From Fibrobacterales bacterium (GTDB taxonomy: Bacteria; Fibrobacterota; Fibrobacteria; Fibrobacterales; JAOPTW01), in contig JAOPTW010000078.1 of assembly GCA_051532035.1 (NCBI GenBank), forward strand, positions 1-35,507: DNA of 35,507 nucleotides, read 5' to 3'. Positions 1 to 10,084 of the stretch are shown here, in pieces. The translations under genes and the position numbers were made by a program. The notes beneath the pieces are model-generated. The model was not told the DNA's origin. It saw nothing but the letters and a program-made list of their open reading frames with translations, and did no database searches. How positions within the stretch are numbered: position 1 is the stretch's first letter; every line of letters begins with the position of its first letter.

Positions 1-673
<673 letters not shown>

Positions 674-684
674 CTAGTAGGTAT

Positions 685-700
685 AACAAGAACCGTGCCA
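685..700 (-). promoter_or_regulatory. sigma54 (-24/-12) promoter of nifH
   Basis: Minus strand TGGCACGGTTCTTGTT vs consensus TGGCACG-N4-TTGCW. Perfect -24 element, with TTGT instead of TTGC at -12, about 50 bp upstream of the nifH start. Confidence 0.8.
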
Positions 701-765
701 AAAGTGTAATCGTGAAATTTGAGGAAATTTCGACAATCGAGGAAAGTATCTCCATTACTATATCC

Positions 766-794
766 GACATTGCAGTAGGGAAGACATTGCGGTA
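766..794. promoter_or_regulatory. Tandem upstream activator sites for nifH (GAC-N6-GTA x2)
   Basis: GACATTGCAGTA (766-777) and GACATTGCGGTA (783-794), a near-identical direct repeat 66 and 83 bp upstream of the -24 element. Confidence 0.65.
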
Positions 795-821
795 ACATTC
801 TATCGTAGCAACAGTACAAAC

Positions 822-853
822 AAAAAGGCCCGCTCTGTGAGGAGCGGGCCTTT
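822..853 (-). terminator. Rho-independent terminator ending the activator operon before the nifH promoter
   Basis: AAAGGCCCGCTC-6 nt loop-GAGCGGGCCTTT perfect stem, with a U-tract on the minus strand. Confidence 0.85.
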
Positions 854-906
854 GTAATAAAGTATACGAGCGTGACATACTAGGAGTTCAGTTGTTTTAG
901 ATACCG

Positions 907-1212
907 TTACTTACTCAAAACTATTTCAACCTCTTCTGAATTTTCTTGTGCTGCCAAACTATAGGTACCACACACCTCTATGGTCATTTCACGTGCCACT
1001 GACTCTACCAGAAGGAGACCTTCATATTTACTCGCAGCCTTTGGTTCACAATCTTCATTAAAATAAATGTTTATTTTTTTTTCAGATTCGATATTAAACT
1101 GAATCAGAAACATGTTTTTTTCAACAAATACCAGATCTTCATAGTTGTACTCAAGGCCAAGCCCTACCGCTTCAACTATCTCTTTTACAATACCCAATGG
1201 AAACATTTTCAT
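907..1212 (-). CDS. Hypothetical protein (about 101 aa), third gene of the nif activator operon
   Basis: ORF 907..1242. ATG at 1212 preferred because AGGAGG lies 6 nt upstream. Acidic, globular-looking sequence. Confidence 0.75.
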   Translation of the reverse strand: MKMFPLGIVKEIVEAVGLGLEYNYEDLVFVEKNMFLIQFNIESEKKINIYFNEDCEPKAASKYEGLLLVESVAREMTIEVCGTYSLAAQENSEEVEIVLSK

Positions 1213-1231
1213 ACTCATCCTCCTTTCTCTA

Positions 1232-2146
1232 TTAACTTCCACATGATGACGACACTAACGAACTATCATATTCAAAAAAACTTAACTCAAATGATTCTGA
1301 GTAATTAAATCTACACGACTCAGTGACTGGTGTTTTAACAATGACACCCTCATCATCAAACCCTAACTCTAAAGGTAAAATATCTATCCCCGTTGGTCCG
1401 CACGCTGACGGTGCCGCTATTGGACTCAATACAAGCTCTGTGCCATTTTTACGAGTAACCGTAATTTTTGCTGAATCCGTTTTTAGACCAATTACTTTTC
1501 CACTACTACTAAACTGCAATGAGTGTCTATCTGCCGCCATTCCGTTTGGTTTCGGGTCCCATGCTTGAATGTAGCCAACCGGAGTTTCAACGACACTGGG
1601 CAACAACGGTTCGCACGAATATATTGATCCATTTTTATAAAATGAAACACCACCCTGAACCTCCATGGCACCCATGGGGGTTGCAATTGAGGCCTTTTCC
1701 CCAGGCCAAAATTGAATACTTTGTAATTCTCCCGTTTCAAAAAAATGTGCAGAGATAATTTTAGCAATAACCCCACCAATGCTTATTGGTTCTGCGAGTC
1801 CGCACTCGTCTTCCTCTGTCCAATACGCTCCTATCTTACCATTGAGCGGAAAGAATTTTTTCAACGCCCCACTTTTATAAAAGGTAACCAACTCAGCAGC
1901 ATACCCCCCAATAGGCGTTGTTATCACAGTTGTATCCATTAAAGGAATTGACCGCACTGTTCCATCCTCAAATATCCGAACTGGTGTCTGTTTTTTTCTA
2001 CTAAAGTCCTCGGTATAATATATTGGAACAAGAGTTCCTACAGATGTTTCAATAGGTAGGATCTCGTATACCATAACAGTATCATATACATCACTCATAT
2101 CTTTTTTTGCCGGATACCCAGTATTTATTTCGAATACACTCTTCAT
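1232..2146 (-). CDS. Hypothetical nif-associated protein with repeated beta-hairpin (TPxG / FxxxG, MORN-variant-like) units
   Basis: 304-aa ORF with AGGAGG RBS. Repeats ETSVG/TTPIG/ATPMG/ETPVG are followed by FYKSG/FFETG/FYKNG/FSSSG. It lies 22 bp downstream of the activator. Confidence 0.8.
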   Translation of the reverse strand: MKSVFEINTGYPAKKDMSDVYDTVMVYEILPIETSVGTLVPIYYTEDFSRKKQTPVRIFEDGTVRSIPLMDTTVITTPIGGYAAELVTFYKSGALKKFFPLNGKIGAYWTEEDECGLAEPISIGGVIAKIISAHFFETGELQSIQFWPGEKASIATPMGAMEVQGGVSFYKNGSIYSCEPLLPSVVETPVGYIQAWDPKPNGMAADRHSLQFSSSGKVIGLKTDSAKITVTRKNGTELVLSPIAAPSACGPTGIDILPLELGFDDEGVIVKTPVTESCRFNYSESFELSFFEYDSSLVSSSCGS

Positions 2147-2168
2147 CGTTCATCCTCCTGTAACTCAA

Positions 2169-3743
2169 TTACATTTTTTTATAGACATTCGGTGCAATCG
2201 AATATTTTTTGACCCTTGTCCCTATCATTCTTTCGGTTATCCCCAATGCGTATGCTGCTCGGGTCATATTGCCCTTTGACATTTTCAGGGCATCTTCTAT
2301 CAATTCCCGCTCTATTTTTGCAATTGTCTCATCGAGAGTGCCATGGGATTTAATACTTTTCAATCGTGGTGTCTGCAGTGTTGGCGGCAAATGATATGAA
2401 TAGATCACCTCTTTATCACACAGAATAGCTGCACGTTCAATAACATTTTGCAACTCTCGTACATTACCTGGCCAGTGATAACTCATGAACATATCGATTG
2501 CCGACGAAGAAATACGTTTAATTTTTTTATCATTATCTCTATTAAACTTTTCAATAAAAGTATCGGTGAGCATGGTAATGTCACTCTTACGCTCCTTAAG
2601 TGACGGCACATGAATAGGAAATACATTGAGACGATAAAAGAGGTCTTCTCTAAAGGCCCCACTCTTCATAGCCTCTTCGAGATTACGATTAGTCGCACAG
2701 ACAATACGTACATCTATATCTATCGGTTCTGCATCACCCACTCGCTCAATTTTGCGCTCCTGTATAATTCTGAGAAGCTTTACTTGAATTGAAAGTGGCA
2801 GGTCACCAATTTCATCAAGAAAAATAGTTCCTCTATTGGCAAGTTCAAAACGTCCAACTCGTTCATTTACCGCTCCAGTAAAAGCTCCTTTTACATGACC
2901 AAACAGCTCAGTCTCGATGAGGTTTTCTGGAAGTGCAGCACAGTTCACTTTTATAAAAGGGCCATCAGTCCGGTTTGACCCAAAGTGAATTGCATTTGCC
3001 ACAAGCTCTTTTCCAACACCGTTTTCTCCACGTATCAGTACCGTTGCATTAGAGACCGCAACCAACTCTATTTGCCTATAGACCTCACGCATCGCTTTTG
3101 ACTTACCATAAATATTTTTAGGCTCATACTGTTTTTGCAAATGACTATTGAGTCTATCATTTTCTTGCTTTAACTGTTCGAGACGTTCCGACTCTTCTTG
3201 CTTTGCCTGAAGCGCAAAAGATATCATAGACCCTACAGCAGTGAGCAGTCTCACGTATTCATTAAATGGAATGTTTGTCGCATACCGAGTATCAACACTC
3301 AATGCACCAAGAACTTCATCGTCTTTTTTAATGGGTACACAAATGAAGCCGATATCCTCTTTACTGTAGTCATCACGTGAACGTGTTTTATTGAGGAATG
3401 TAGGCTCCTGAGATATACGAGGAACGACTATTGATTCACCAGTTTCTATGGCGCGTCCAATAACGCCCTCACCGATTTTGTACCGCCCCCTACATATTTC
3501 ATCCTCTGTGAGACCGCAAGCATCTTCGATAAAAATCTCTTCTCGCGCACGATTCAGTATCGTAACCGTACCACGGGCAGATTCCATGTGAGTGAGAAGT
3601 ATATGTAATATCTTCTCTACATCACGAGACTGATTAAGCTCTTCTGCAATCTCTTCTAACACGAACAGTTCATTCGACTCACACCGTTGTCTATTGGGGC
3701 ACTTATTATTTCTTCTCTGCTCTTTTACATTTTTCACAATCAT
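2169..3743 (-). CDS. nifA: sigma54-dependent transcriptional activator, GAF-AAA+-HTH (NifA/AnfA-like)
   Basis: N-terminal GAF (GEGVIGRAIETGESIVVP), Walker A GENGVGKE, GAFTGA, Walker B IFLDEIGD, FREDLFYRLNVFPI, WPGNVRELQN and a C-terminal Fis-type HTH. Upstream of nifH. Orthology to NifA versus AnfA is not resolved. Confidence 0.88.
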   Translation of the reverse strand: MIVKNVKEQRRNNKCPNRQRCESNELFVLEEIAEELNQSRDVEKILHILLTHMESARGTVTILNRAREEIFIEDACGLTEDEICRGRYKIGEGVIGRAIETGESIVVPRISQEPTFLNKTRSRDDYSKEDIGFICVPIKKDDEVLGALSVDTRYATNIPFNEYVRLLTAVGSMISFALQAKQEESERLEQLKQENDRLNSHLQKQYEPKNIYGKSKAMREVYRQIELVAVSNATVLIRGENGVGKELVANAIHFGSNRTDGPFIKVNCAALPENLIETELFGHVKGAFTGAVNERVGRFELANRGTIFLDEIGDLPLSIQVKLLRIIQERKIERVGDAEPIDIDVRIVCATNRNLEEAMKSGAFREDLFYRLNVFPIHVPSLKERKSDITMLTDTFIEKFNRDNDKKIKRISSSAIDMFMSYHWPGNVRELQNVIERAAILCDKEVIYSYHLPPTLQTPRLKSIKSHGTLDETIAKIERELIEDALKMSKGNMTRAAYALGITERMIGTRVKKYSIAPNVYKKM

Positions 3744-3857
3744 TTTCTATTTCCTGAAACATACAAGGCGCGTCTGGCTCCAACCATACCGGGGGTTAGC
3801 TCACTCTCTTCAGCGCTCTACGTATATGTACTATCAAAGTCTCCTTATCTAACTATC

Positions 3858-3873
3858 AGCAAGAATCATTCCA
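3858..3873 (-). promoter_or_regulatory. sigma54 (-24/-12) promoter of the activator operon
   Basis: Minus strand TGGAATGATTCTTGCT, i.e. GG-N10-GC with TTGCT at -12. Confidence 0.75.
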
Positions 3874-3938
3874 TATTTGTTATGTATTAAAAAGGCCATT
3901 TATGCCCTAAAATGAGCGATCACACCATGCCGAACGAT

Positions 3939-3979
3939 TACATATTTGTAAAATAAACTCAATATTCTACATTCTAGTA
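3939..3979. promoter_or_regulatory. Two TAC-N6-GTA upstream activator sites
   Basis: TACATATTTGTA (3939-3950) and TACATTCTAGTA (3968-3979), 66 and 95 bp upstream of the -24 element. Confidence 0.65.
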
Positions 3980-6520
3980 CTATTTGAAATGTATGAGATA
4001 GTTACCTTGAGCGAGAAGCCCGGAGTTAAAAGTCATTTTTTCACCAGCAACAACTCCCTGAGAGAGATGTTTTATACCATGAATATTATAGACTTCACAG
4101 ATTGTAGCACCACTGGGAACAGTGATGTGTGTTTGTTCACCTTGAAATTGTAGAAGTGTTGCTTGTGTATTATCACTGCGCAGAAACCCCGCCAAATCAC
4201 TGGTATACCCAACCACACCCATTTCTTGCTGTGGTGGAAGCCATACGCGCTCACCAGAATCGTAGTGAACCATATCCCAGATTCCCCTCCCAAAGGTAGC
4301 AAAACGCACTGATCCAATACCTTCAAGAAACTCAACATTCCAATAGACCTGATCAGGACCGCCCATATTAAACCAAGTACCAAGGGTATCAACATAGAGA
4401 TAGGCCCCCACTTCAGTTGCAGCATAGAGCCTATGGCCATCATCTGAATATTCAAGATCATGCACCAAGGTTTCGGGCAAGCCACTATCTAATTTTTTAA
4501 ATGATTCACCCCCATCTTTTGAAATATAGACTGGAGCATTTGAATAGCCACTCCCCCCTATTACAACAATCGCTTCATCTTTGGGGTGTGTAGTAATAGT
4601 TGCGCCATAAAAGTATTCTGGTTTTGGGCCCGAAAAATCTTCGGTGAGATTCCAATCCTCTCCCCCATTATCACTCCAAAAGAACCGACCACTATTGGTC
4701 ATAACATACCGCCGGTCACTTTCTTTGGCCGATGCCCCCATAGCCGAAATATTTTCCTCACTCCCCTCGCCAAAATTAAAGGGGATTCGCTCATAGGTAA
4801 AGCCGGGATCATCATAAGTGAGATGATAGAGAAATGCACCTTTACTATGAGAAGTCCCACCCCCAACAAACACCGCCTGCGGGTTTTCTGGGTCTGCCAT
4901 AAGGGGTGGCATCCAGAGATGATTGCTCATATCAGCATTGTCGTACTCCCAAATATAGAAGCGTTTATCATTGGGTAGATTAGGATAGCAGAGTACAAAG
5001 CCTGGATAACTCATCCAGAGGGTTTGCCCGCCATTCGAAGAGACAAGATGCCCATAATCACCGGAATAATCTTGCTCTAAAGAGAGCATAGGACGGGTAT
5101 CGTCAGAGATGCGCTGTACCCCTTGATCTTGGGAACCCGCAACAATAGTAGACCAATTTTTTCTATTGGTATAAGTGCCATAATACTGGGAATTACGAAG
5201 CCCATTAAGTGAGATATTTATGACCGTTTTAAAAGAATCATATGAAACATAAATCCCCCCATCAGTTGAGACCATAAACATCTCTTCACCTGTTGGAGTA
5301 ATGACACTTGTTAGTGCGGGAATATCCGCATGGAGTCGATAGCGAGTATTGGAGTAGTAATCCTCCCAATTATTGAGTCGCTTAAACTCTTTTTGAGCAC
5401 CATTACTTTTAAAGAGACGCACCCCTCCGATGTAAATATCTTCTGGCTGTAATTTTGAAACGAAGAAAGAGTTCTGAGTAAAAGGCTTATCACCCTCCAC
5501 AAACCCAACAGAATTCCAGTTCTCTCCCTTATCACTACTTCGATACACTTCTGTATTATCATCTTTATGATGTGCAGCATAGAGGTACTCACCTCTACCA
5601 GTCAGATAAACCTGATCCATCTCATGCCATCGATACTCATTCGTTACTTTTGAAATTGCCTCAAAGGGACCATCATCAGGTTGATACATTAGATCGGTCC
5701 CCCGTAGAATATACACCCCATCATTGTCGGCACTATGAATATCGTACAGAGCTGCTTTTTCGGGGACTGAATATACTCGCGTAAAGTTTTCACCATCATC
5801 ATCCGAGCGATAGAGTGACGCGAGCTCTCCCCAGTAAAACTCCTCTGCATAGTCCCATTCTTTTACGAGTAAAAAAATAACCCCATCATCACGACGGAGT
5901 GCCTTGCGCGCATTACCCCATTTTTGGGCATTTTCTAACCCTGGAGATGACTTCCAACTCTTACCCTCATCATCACTATAGAGCGCAAGGGCAGGTGAAC
6001 CTTGCATCACAAAGAGACGCCTCTTCTCTTCTTTATAAAACACCGTGAGATAACGAATGTCATTAATGCGGTATTCATTATTCAGGCACGTCCAACTACT
6101 TCCATCTAATCCCCCTTTCCAAATATTACCTCCACCAGAGCCTGCATAAATAACCTGTTCTACAGGATCATAAGTAGACATTTTGATGCGGCCTGTTTGA
6201 TTATCACTCCCACGCTCTATCCAATCACCCTCAAGCTCTTTAGGAAGGCCACTCCTACCAGTTTTGAATAAAATTTGTTTTGTCTCATATAAAGAACGTC
6301 GTGTTTTGGTATCATGTTGATTCCACTCAAAATCAGGAGAAGTGCGATGCATCTCTTTAATCCACTGTTTCCTATCACGTTTAAACTGTTTCTTTTTTTC
6401 ACCCTTGAGCACTCGCTCGGTTGGCGCAGCATAGGTCAGCTTTTTTTCGGCAATAAAGGTATTCATTATATAGAAGCCTATTCCAAAAGCCAATAATAAA
6501 GAGAGTGCGGTTTTCGTCAT
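3980..6520 (-). CDS. Secreted BNR/Asp-box beta-propeller protein (VPS10/GH74-like fold) with T9SS-like C-terminal domain
   Basis: N-terminal hydrophobic segment, many SxDxGxxW/F Asp boxes (SDDEGKSW, SDDDGENF, SSDKGENW, SDNGGEDW, SKDGGESF), ATFGRGIW, C-terminal VYNIHG...QGNYLI. Confidence 0.8.
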   Translation of the reverse strand: MTKTALSLLLAFGIGFYIMNTFIAEKKLTYAAPTERVLKGEKKKQFKRDRKQWIKEMHRTSPDFEWNQHDTKTRRSLYETKQILFKTGRSGLPKELEGDWIERGSDNQTGRIKMSTYDPVEQVIYAGSGGGNIWKGGLDGSSWTCLNNEYRINDIRYLTVFYKEEKRRLFVMQGSPALALYSDDEGKSWKSSPGLENAQKWGNARKALRRDDGVIFLLVKEWDYAEEFYWGELASLYRSDDDGENFTRVYSVPEKAALYDIHSADNDGVYILRGTDLMYQPDDGPFEAISKVTNEYRWHEMDQVYLTGRGEYLYAAHHKDDNTEVYRSSDKGENWNSVGFVEGDKPFTQNSFFVSKLQPEDIYIGGVRLFKSNGAQKEFKRLNNWEDYYSNTRYRLHADIPALTSVITPTGEEMFMVSTDGGIYVSYDSFKTVINISLNGLRNSQYYGTYTNRKNWSTIVAGSQDQGVQRISDDTRPMLSLEQDYSGDYGHLVSSNGGQTLWMSYPGFVLCYPNLPNDKRFYIWEYDNADMSNHLWMPPLMADPENPQAVFVGGGTSHSKGAFLYHLTYDDPGFTYERIPFNFGEGSEENISAMGASAKESDRRYVMTNSGRFFWSDNGGEDWNLTEDFSGPKPEYFYGATITTHPKDEAIVVIGGSGYSNAPVYISKDGGESFKKLDSGLPETLVHDLEYSDDGHRLYAATEVGAYLYVDTLGTWFNMGGPDQVYWNVEFLEGIGSVRFATFGRGIWDMVHYDSGERVWLPPQQEMGVVGYTSDLAGFLRSDNTQATLLQFQGEQTHITVPSGATICEVYNIHGIKHLSQGVVAGEKMTFNSGLLAQGNYLIHFK

Positions 6521-6757
6521 GTTCCATCCCTAGGTACTCTGAGTTGCCTCCCTATTATCGTGAAAAAAGGGTAAAACGGCCATAGAAATCGAGACATTAG
6601 AGGATCTCTGGAGAAGTTATATCAATAATGATTTGGCTGTTTTGAGGTTTTGGAGATAGTACAGGATTACAATATAGGAAGCGTAAACAAAATGGACGGT
6701 TAAACTCCGGTTTGAAATCTATGATGCATTGAAAGAGGCTAGTGACAACCGAGTCTC

Positions 6758-9469
6758 TTACAGTCCTATAAAGACACTCTTGCCATAGTGAAATACAACC
6801 ACGACCCCCTGAGTGTTCAGAGGTGTCGTCTGAAAGAGATATTCCCCATTCGTTACGGTATAGCCACCAACTAATTCCCCTTTAACTGTATATCCTTTAA
6901 CAGTACAGTTCTCCGCACTACAAAGATCATTGCGAGTACCCAAGCTATTCCAAAGAGGAGTAGAAATCACTAAACTTGAACTCGATACTCTTTCTGCAGA
7001 GCTCACCTTCTCTGAATCAGATGCATGAGAGATACTCAAACTAGATTTTCCATCGTCATCCTTAAGATATGAAGAAGAAGAACTTGATACATCCCTCGAT
7101 TCTGAAGAGGATTCTTCTATAATAATCCCTGTTGGCCATGTTGAATCAGCCAACGCAATAAGCGAAGGCTTTGATACATCATCGATGGTTTCCCCATCAT
7201 GTAGTGGGGTAAAAAGAACCTGCACGGTTACATTCATCACCCCCTCCATATGAATAGCAATGGTTTTACCGTTCACCTTTTGTCCTGAGGAATTGGGAGA
7301 TGTTGGGAGAGGCTCTCCTGTCTTCACTACTATATCTCCCACTCCAGGAGTAATAATTTGCATGAGTATTCGACTTCCATTTTTAGTCAAAAGAGCAGAC
7401 TTCTTATCGGGAGCAATATCAATATTGGTACTACTGTAACTATTGGCAAACCACCACACCTCTGCGGGAGTTGTCGCAGTAATTTCATCTTGAATGAGCA
7501 CCTGGCTCCGGTTATGTATGAGAGCCACACCACGCCACACTCGGCTCACCCCCATCTCATCATACGCGTCTGTGAGGTCTGCAATTGCAAACCCTTCGCC
7601 ACTATTATCCGAGTGATAGCGTATAATCTCAGTTTGGGCATGGGGGTCTTGGTCTGCCCTATTATCAGGATTAATGACCAGCGTATTATTAGCCTCCGCC
7701 CTCATTCGGTAATAAGTCCATCGCTGAGAGTCAAAACCATTATCCGTTTCAAAATATCCTTCGAGATTATAATCATCCGATGCCAAATCATATATCCACC
7801 GTTCACCGTGAGCGTCGAGAACAAATTCACCAAGATCCAAATGACTATGGCCCACATCATTATCACCCGCTTTAAACGCAACGAAGAGTCCAGTCATATC
7901 GTCCCAACTTCTTCTAAAACTCGCCACCTCTACCGCTCTAAAGTAGGCATCTAATGGTAGGCTTAGCTCTGTGGGTGAAGCAGTGCTCTCTGTGAAAAAC
8001 AGTATATCGAGCACCTCTTTTGAACCAGTCTCCTCTTGAAACCAACTATAGAGAGGGTTATTGTATTGTGCCCCCATATAATAGAGCCATGGGGTATTAA
8101 TAATGCCATCGCCGCCATCGCCATAATTAAAGGTTTTGAAAGCGCCACTGGTTAAATAAATTGGATAACTACCCGTTTCGGGAATACCTGGATACTCGAG
8201 CATTTCGAAATCACTCCCAACCGCTGACTCTAATGCAGCACTCATGCCAAACATATAGCTCATTGCATAGATCCAATAACCAAGGCTCTCCTGAGAGGCA
8301 CCATCGGGTCCATACAATGCAACAGATCCTGAACTTTCAAGACTCCACAGTGCCTTATTGATAACATCATGGGCGATCAGTGAATCAGTATGTGCTACCG
8401 CTAGTGCTCCAATTGCAATTCCACCATTACAGACAGCGTTCCAGTTATATTCACTATGAAGCCACCAGGCATTTTCTGTATACGCCTCCAAATAGGGAGT
8501 CATACCATAGATAACAATTGCATTTCTGACCATCTCACGCTGCGACTCAGTCAGTACATCATAGAGCCAATCATAGGCGATGGCAAATGCATAGGTCATT
8601 TCAGCTACATCCAAAAAGTGGGATGGGTTCCAGTCGGGAAATTGACTCACCGCCTCAAGCTCGGCAACAGCACGAGTAAGATATTCGGACTTCTCGGTCA
8701 TGCGATAACAAAAAGCCAGTACTTGCACTCTATTCAGCACTGTCCTACTCGTAGTAAGCAACCATTTCCCCTCGAGCAAGCTATAGGTAGAGACAGGCTC
8801 TAAAAGCATCGCTTCAGCTTCAATTTGCAGGGCACTAAAAACATCAAGCGTATGTTGATGCGCCTCCATTTTAGTTTTAATTTCAGACCACCCTCCCTCG
8901 GATATATAAATATAGGGATGCTCTGTTTTTAAATTCGTAAGAATACTTTTCGGTTGCGGAAGATCGCCAGTGAGAACCACATTATCAATGTGGATAGTAT
9001 TATCAGGATTGGGAGTATTTCCCCAGCCAGTAGCGGTAAAATAGAACTCGGTGATTGAACTCCACCCGATGGGTGAACGTGCCTGAGAAAATTTTGTGAG
9101 ATCAAGGGTAAACTCCTTCCACCCTTCAAAGTCCACAGTAAAAGTCCATGAGTAGTAATCAATACCCTCTTCAGCTTCATTTTCACTGTGGGCTACTAAA
9201 AGAAATTGTTGCTCATTAGCCGTGTTACTATGGAGCCAAAATGAGAGAGACTTGTGCTGACTAAAATCGTCGGGGATTGTAGTGAGATACACTCGATCAT
9301 CAACACCATGATCCCATTTGAGAGAGGCAGAACCTTCATACTTTTCTGTGGTATCAATAGTTCCACCATTCCAATCACTTTGTATGTCACAAGAAGTAAC
9401 AGTGACGTCTGGAGTAGCACCTACTGCAAGTGAACATAATATAAAGAAAAGGAATATTTTAATCAACAA
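6758..9469 (-). CDS. Heparinase II/III-like polysaccharide lyase with N-terminal CBM-like domain
   Basis: Signal peptide (TTG start), CBM11-like module (VDFEGWKEFTLDL), alpha-barrel (DWNPSHFLD, NWNAVCNGG, ESLGYW), GHSHLDLGEFVL heparinase II/III motif, Ser-rich linker and a short C-terminal domain. Confidence 0.82.
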   Translation of the reverse strand: MLIKIFLFFILCSLAVGATPDVTVTSCDIQSDWNGGTIDTTEKYEGSASLKWDHGVDDRVYLTTIPDDFSQHKSLSFWLHSNTANEQQFLLVAHSENEAEEGIDYYSWTFTVDFEGWKEFTLDLTKFSQARSPIGWSSITEFYFTATGWGNTPNPDNTIHIDNVVLTGDLPQPKSILTNLKTEHPYIYISEGGWSEIKTKMEAHQHTLDVFSALQIEAEAMLLEPVSTYSLLEGKWLLTTSRTVLNRVQVLAFCYRMTEKSEYLTRAVAELEAVSQFPDWNPSHFLDVAEMTYAFAIAYDWLYDVLTESQREMVRNAIVIYGMTPYLEAYTENAWWLHSEYNWNAVCNGGIAIGALAVAHTDSLIAHDVINKALWSLESSGSVALYGPDGASQESLGYWIYAMSYMFGMSAALESAVGSDFEMLEYPGIPETGSYPIYLTSGAFKTFNYGDGGDGIINTPWLYYMGAQYNNPLYSWFQEETGSKEVLDILFFTESTASPTELSLPLDAYFRAVEVASFRRSWDDMTGLFVAFKAGDNDVGHSHLDLGEFVLDAHGERWIYDLASDDYNLEGYFETDNGFDSQRWTYYRMRAEANNTLVINPDNRADQDPHAQTEIIRYHSDNSGEGFAIADLTDAYDEMGVSRVWRGVALIHNRSQVLIQDEITATTPAEVWWFANSYSSTNIDIAPDKKSALLTKNGSRILMQIITPGVGDIVVKTGEPLPTSPNSSGQKVNGKTIAIHMEGVMNVTVQVLFTPLHDGETIDDVSKPSLIALADSTWPTGIIIEESSSESRDVSSSSSSYLKDDDGKSSLSISHASDSEKVSSAERVSSSSLVISTPLWNSLGTRNDLCSAENCTVKGYTVKGELVGGYTVTNGEYLFQTTPLNTQGVVVVFHYGKSVFIGL

Positions 9470-10084
9470 TTTACAGACCTATCATATAGCTGAGCATAAG
9501 GTATAATCTATATTTTATGATCGCTGCCTGAAGGCCTATTGAAGTATTATAGACACATAAAGGGGGATTGATTATGTCAAAGTGTTCTCATGGGAAGAAA
9601 ACTAAGACTTTCAGCACCTTCACTTTACCCAAAGATTCTCACCGCTCCCTGAATACTCTTACCCCAATAACTGTCACCCCCTTCATTCATACCATTCCTC
9701 TTTTGATCCCCAAAAAAGCCACTACTCCAGCATCTATAAATTTCGGTCCCAGAAATAATTATTCCAGAAGTTACCAACTCAACCAGACAGCACCAACCTA
9801 CCCACAATAAGTAAGCGAAAATAATTATCAGCATTCATTAACTTTATTAAACAGCTTACAGCTAAGCACTTAACATATATGCTCACTTATGGACTCATTG
9901 AAAGCCTCATGACAGTGTACCTGTAGGATACATTCAAGAATGACACCCATGGATTATTGACCATCAAAAAACTACAAATGCACAAATTAATTGTAAGCTT
10001 TCTGAATTATTTTCAGCTAATATTTGCTTTCATCAATCCAGGACGATATACTAAAGCAATGTTAAAAGACATGAAGGTATAGGT

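Noticed and set aside
3903..3919. NtrC-like box TGCCCTAAAATGAGCGA
   Set aside because: The right half-site is poor and it is only about 30 bp from the -24 element.
6707..6755. Resemblance to a c-di-GMP-II riboswitch (GAAATCTATGATG...GCTAGTGACAACCG)
   Set aside because: It lacks the GGGCAC pseudoknot segment and lies antisense to both flanking genes.
9568..9580. FNR-like TTGA...TCAA dyad
   Set aside because: The spacer is 5 nt rather than the 6 nt required for FNR/CRP boxes.
9568..9810. 80-aa plus-strand ORF with AAGGGGG RBS in the long divergent intergenic region
   Set aside because: Low-complexity Thr/Pro sequence with no family signal. It cannot be supported without homology or expression data.
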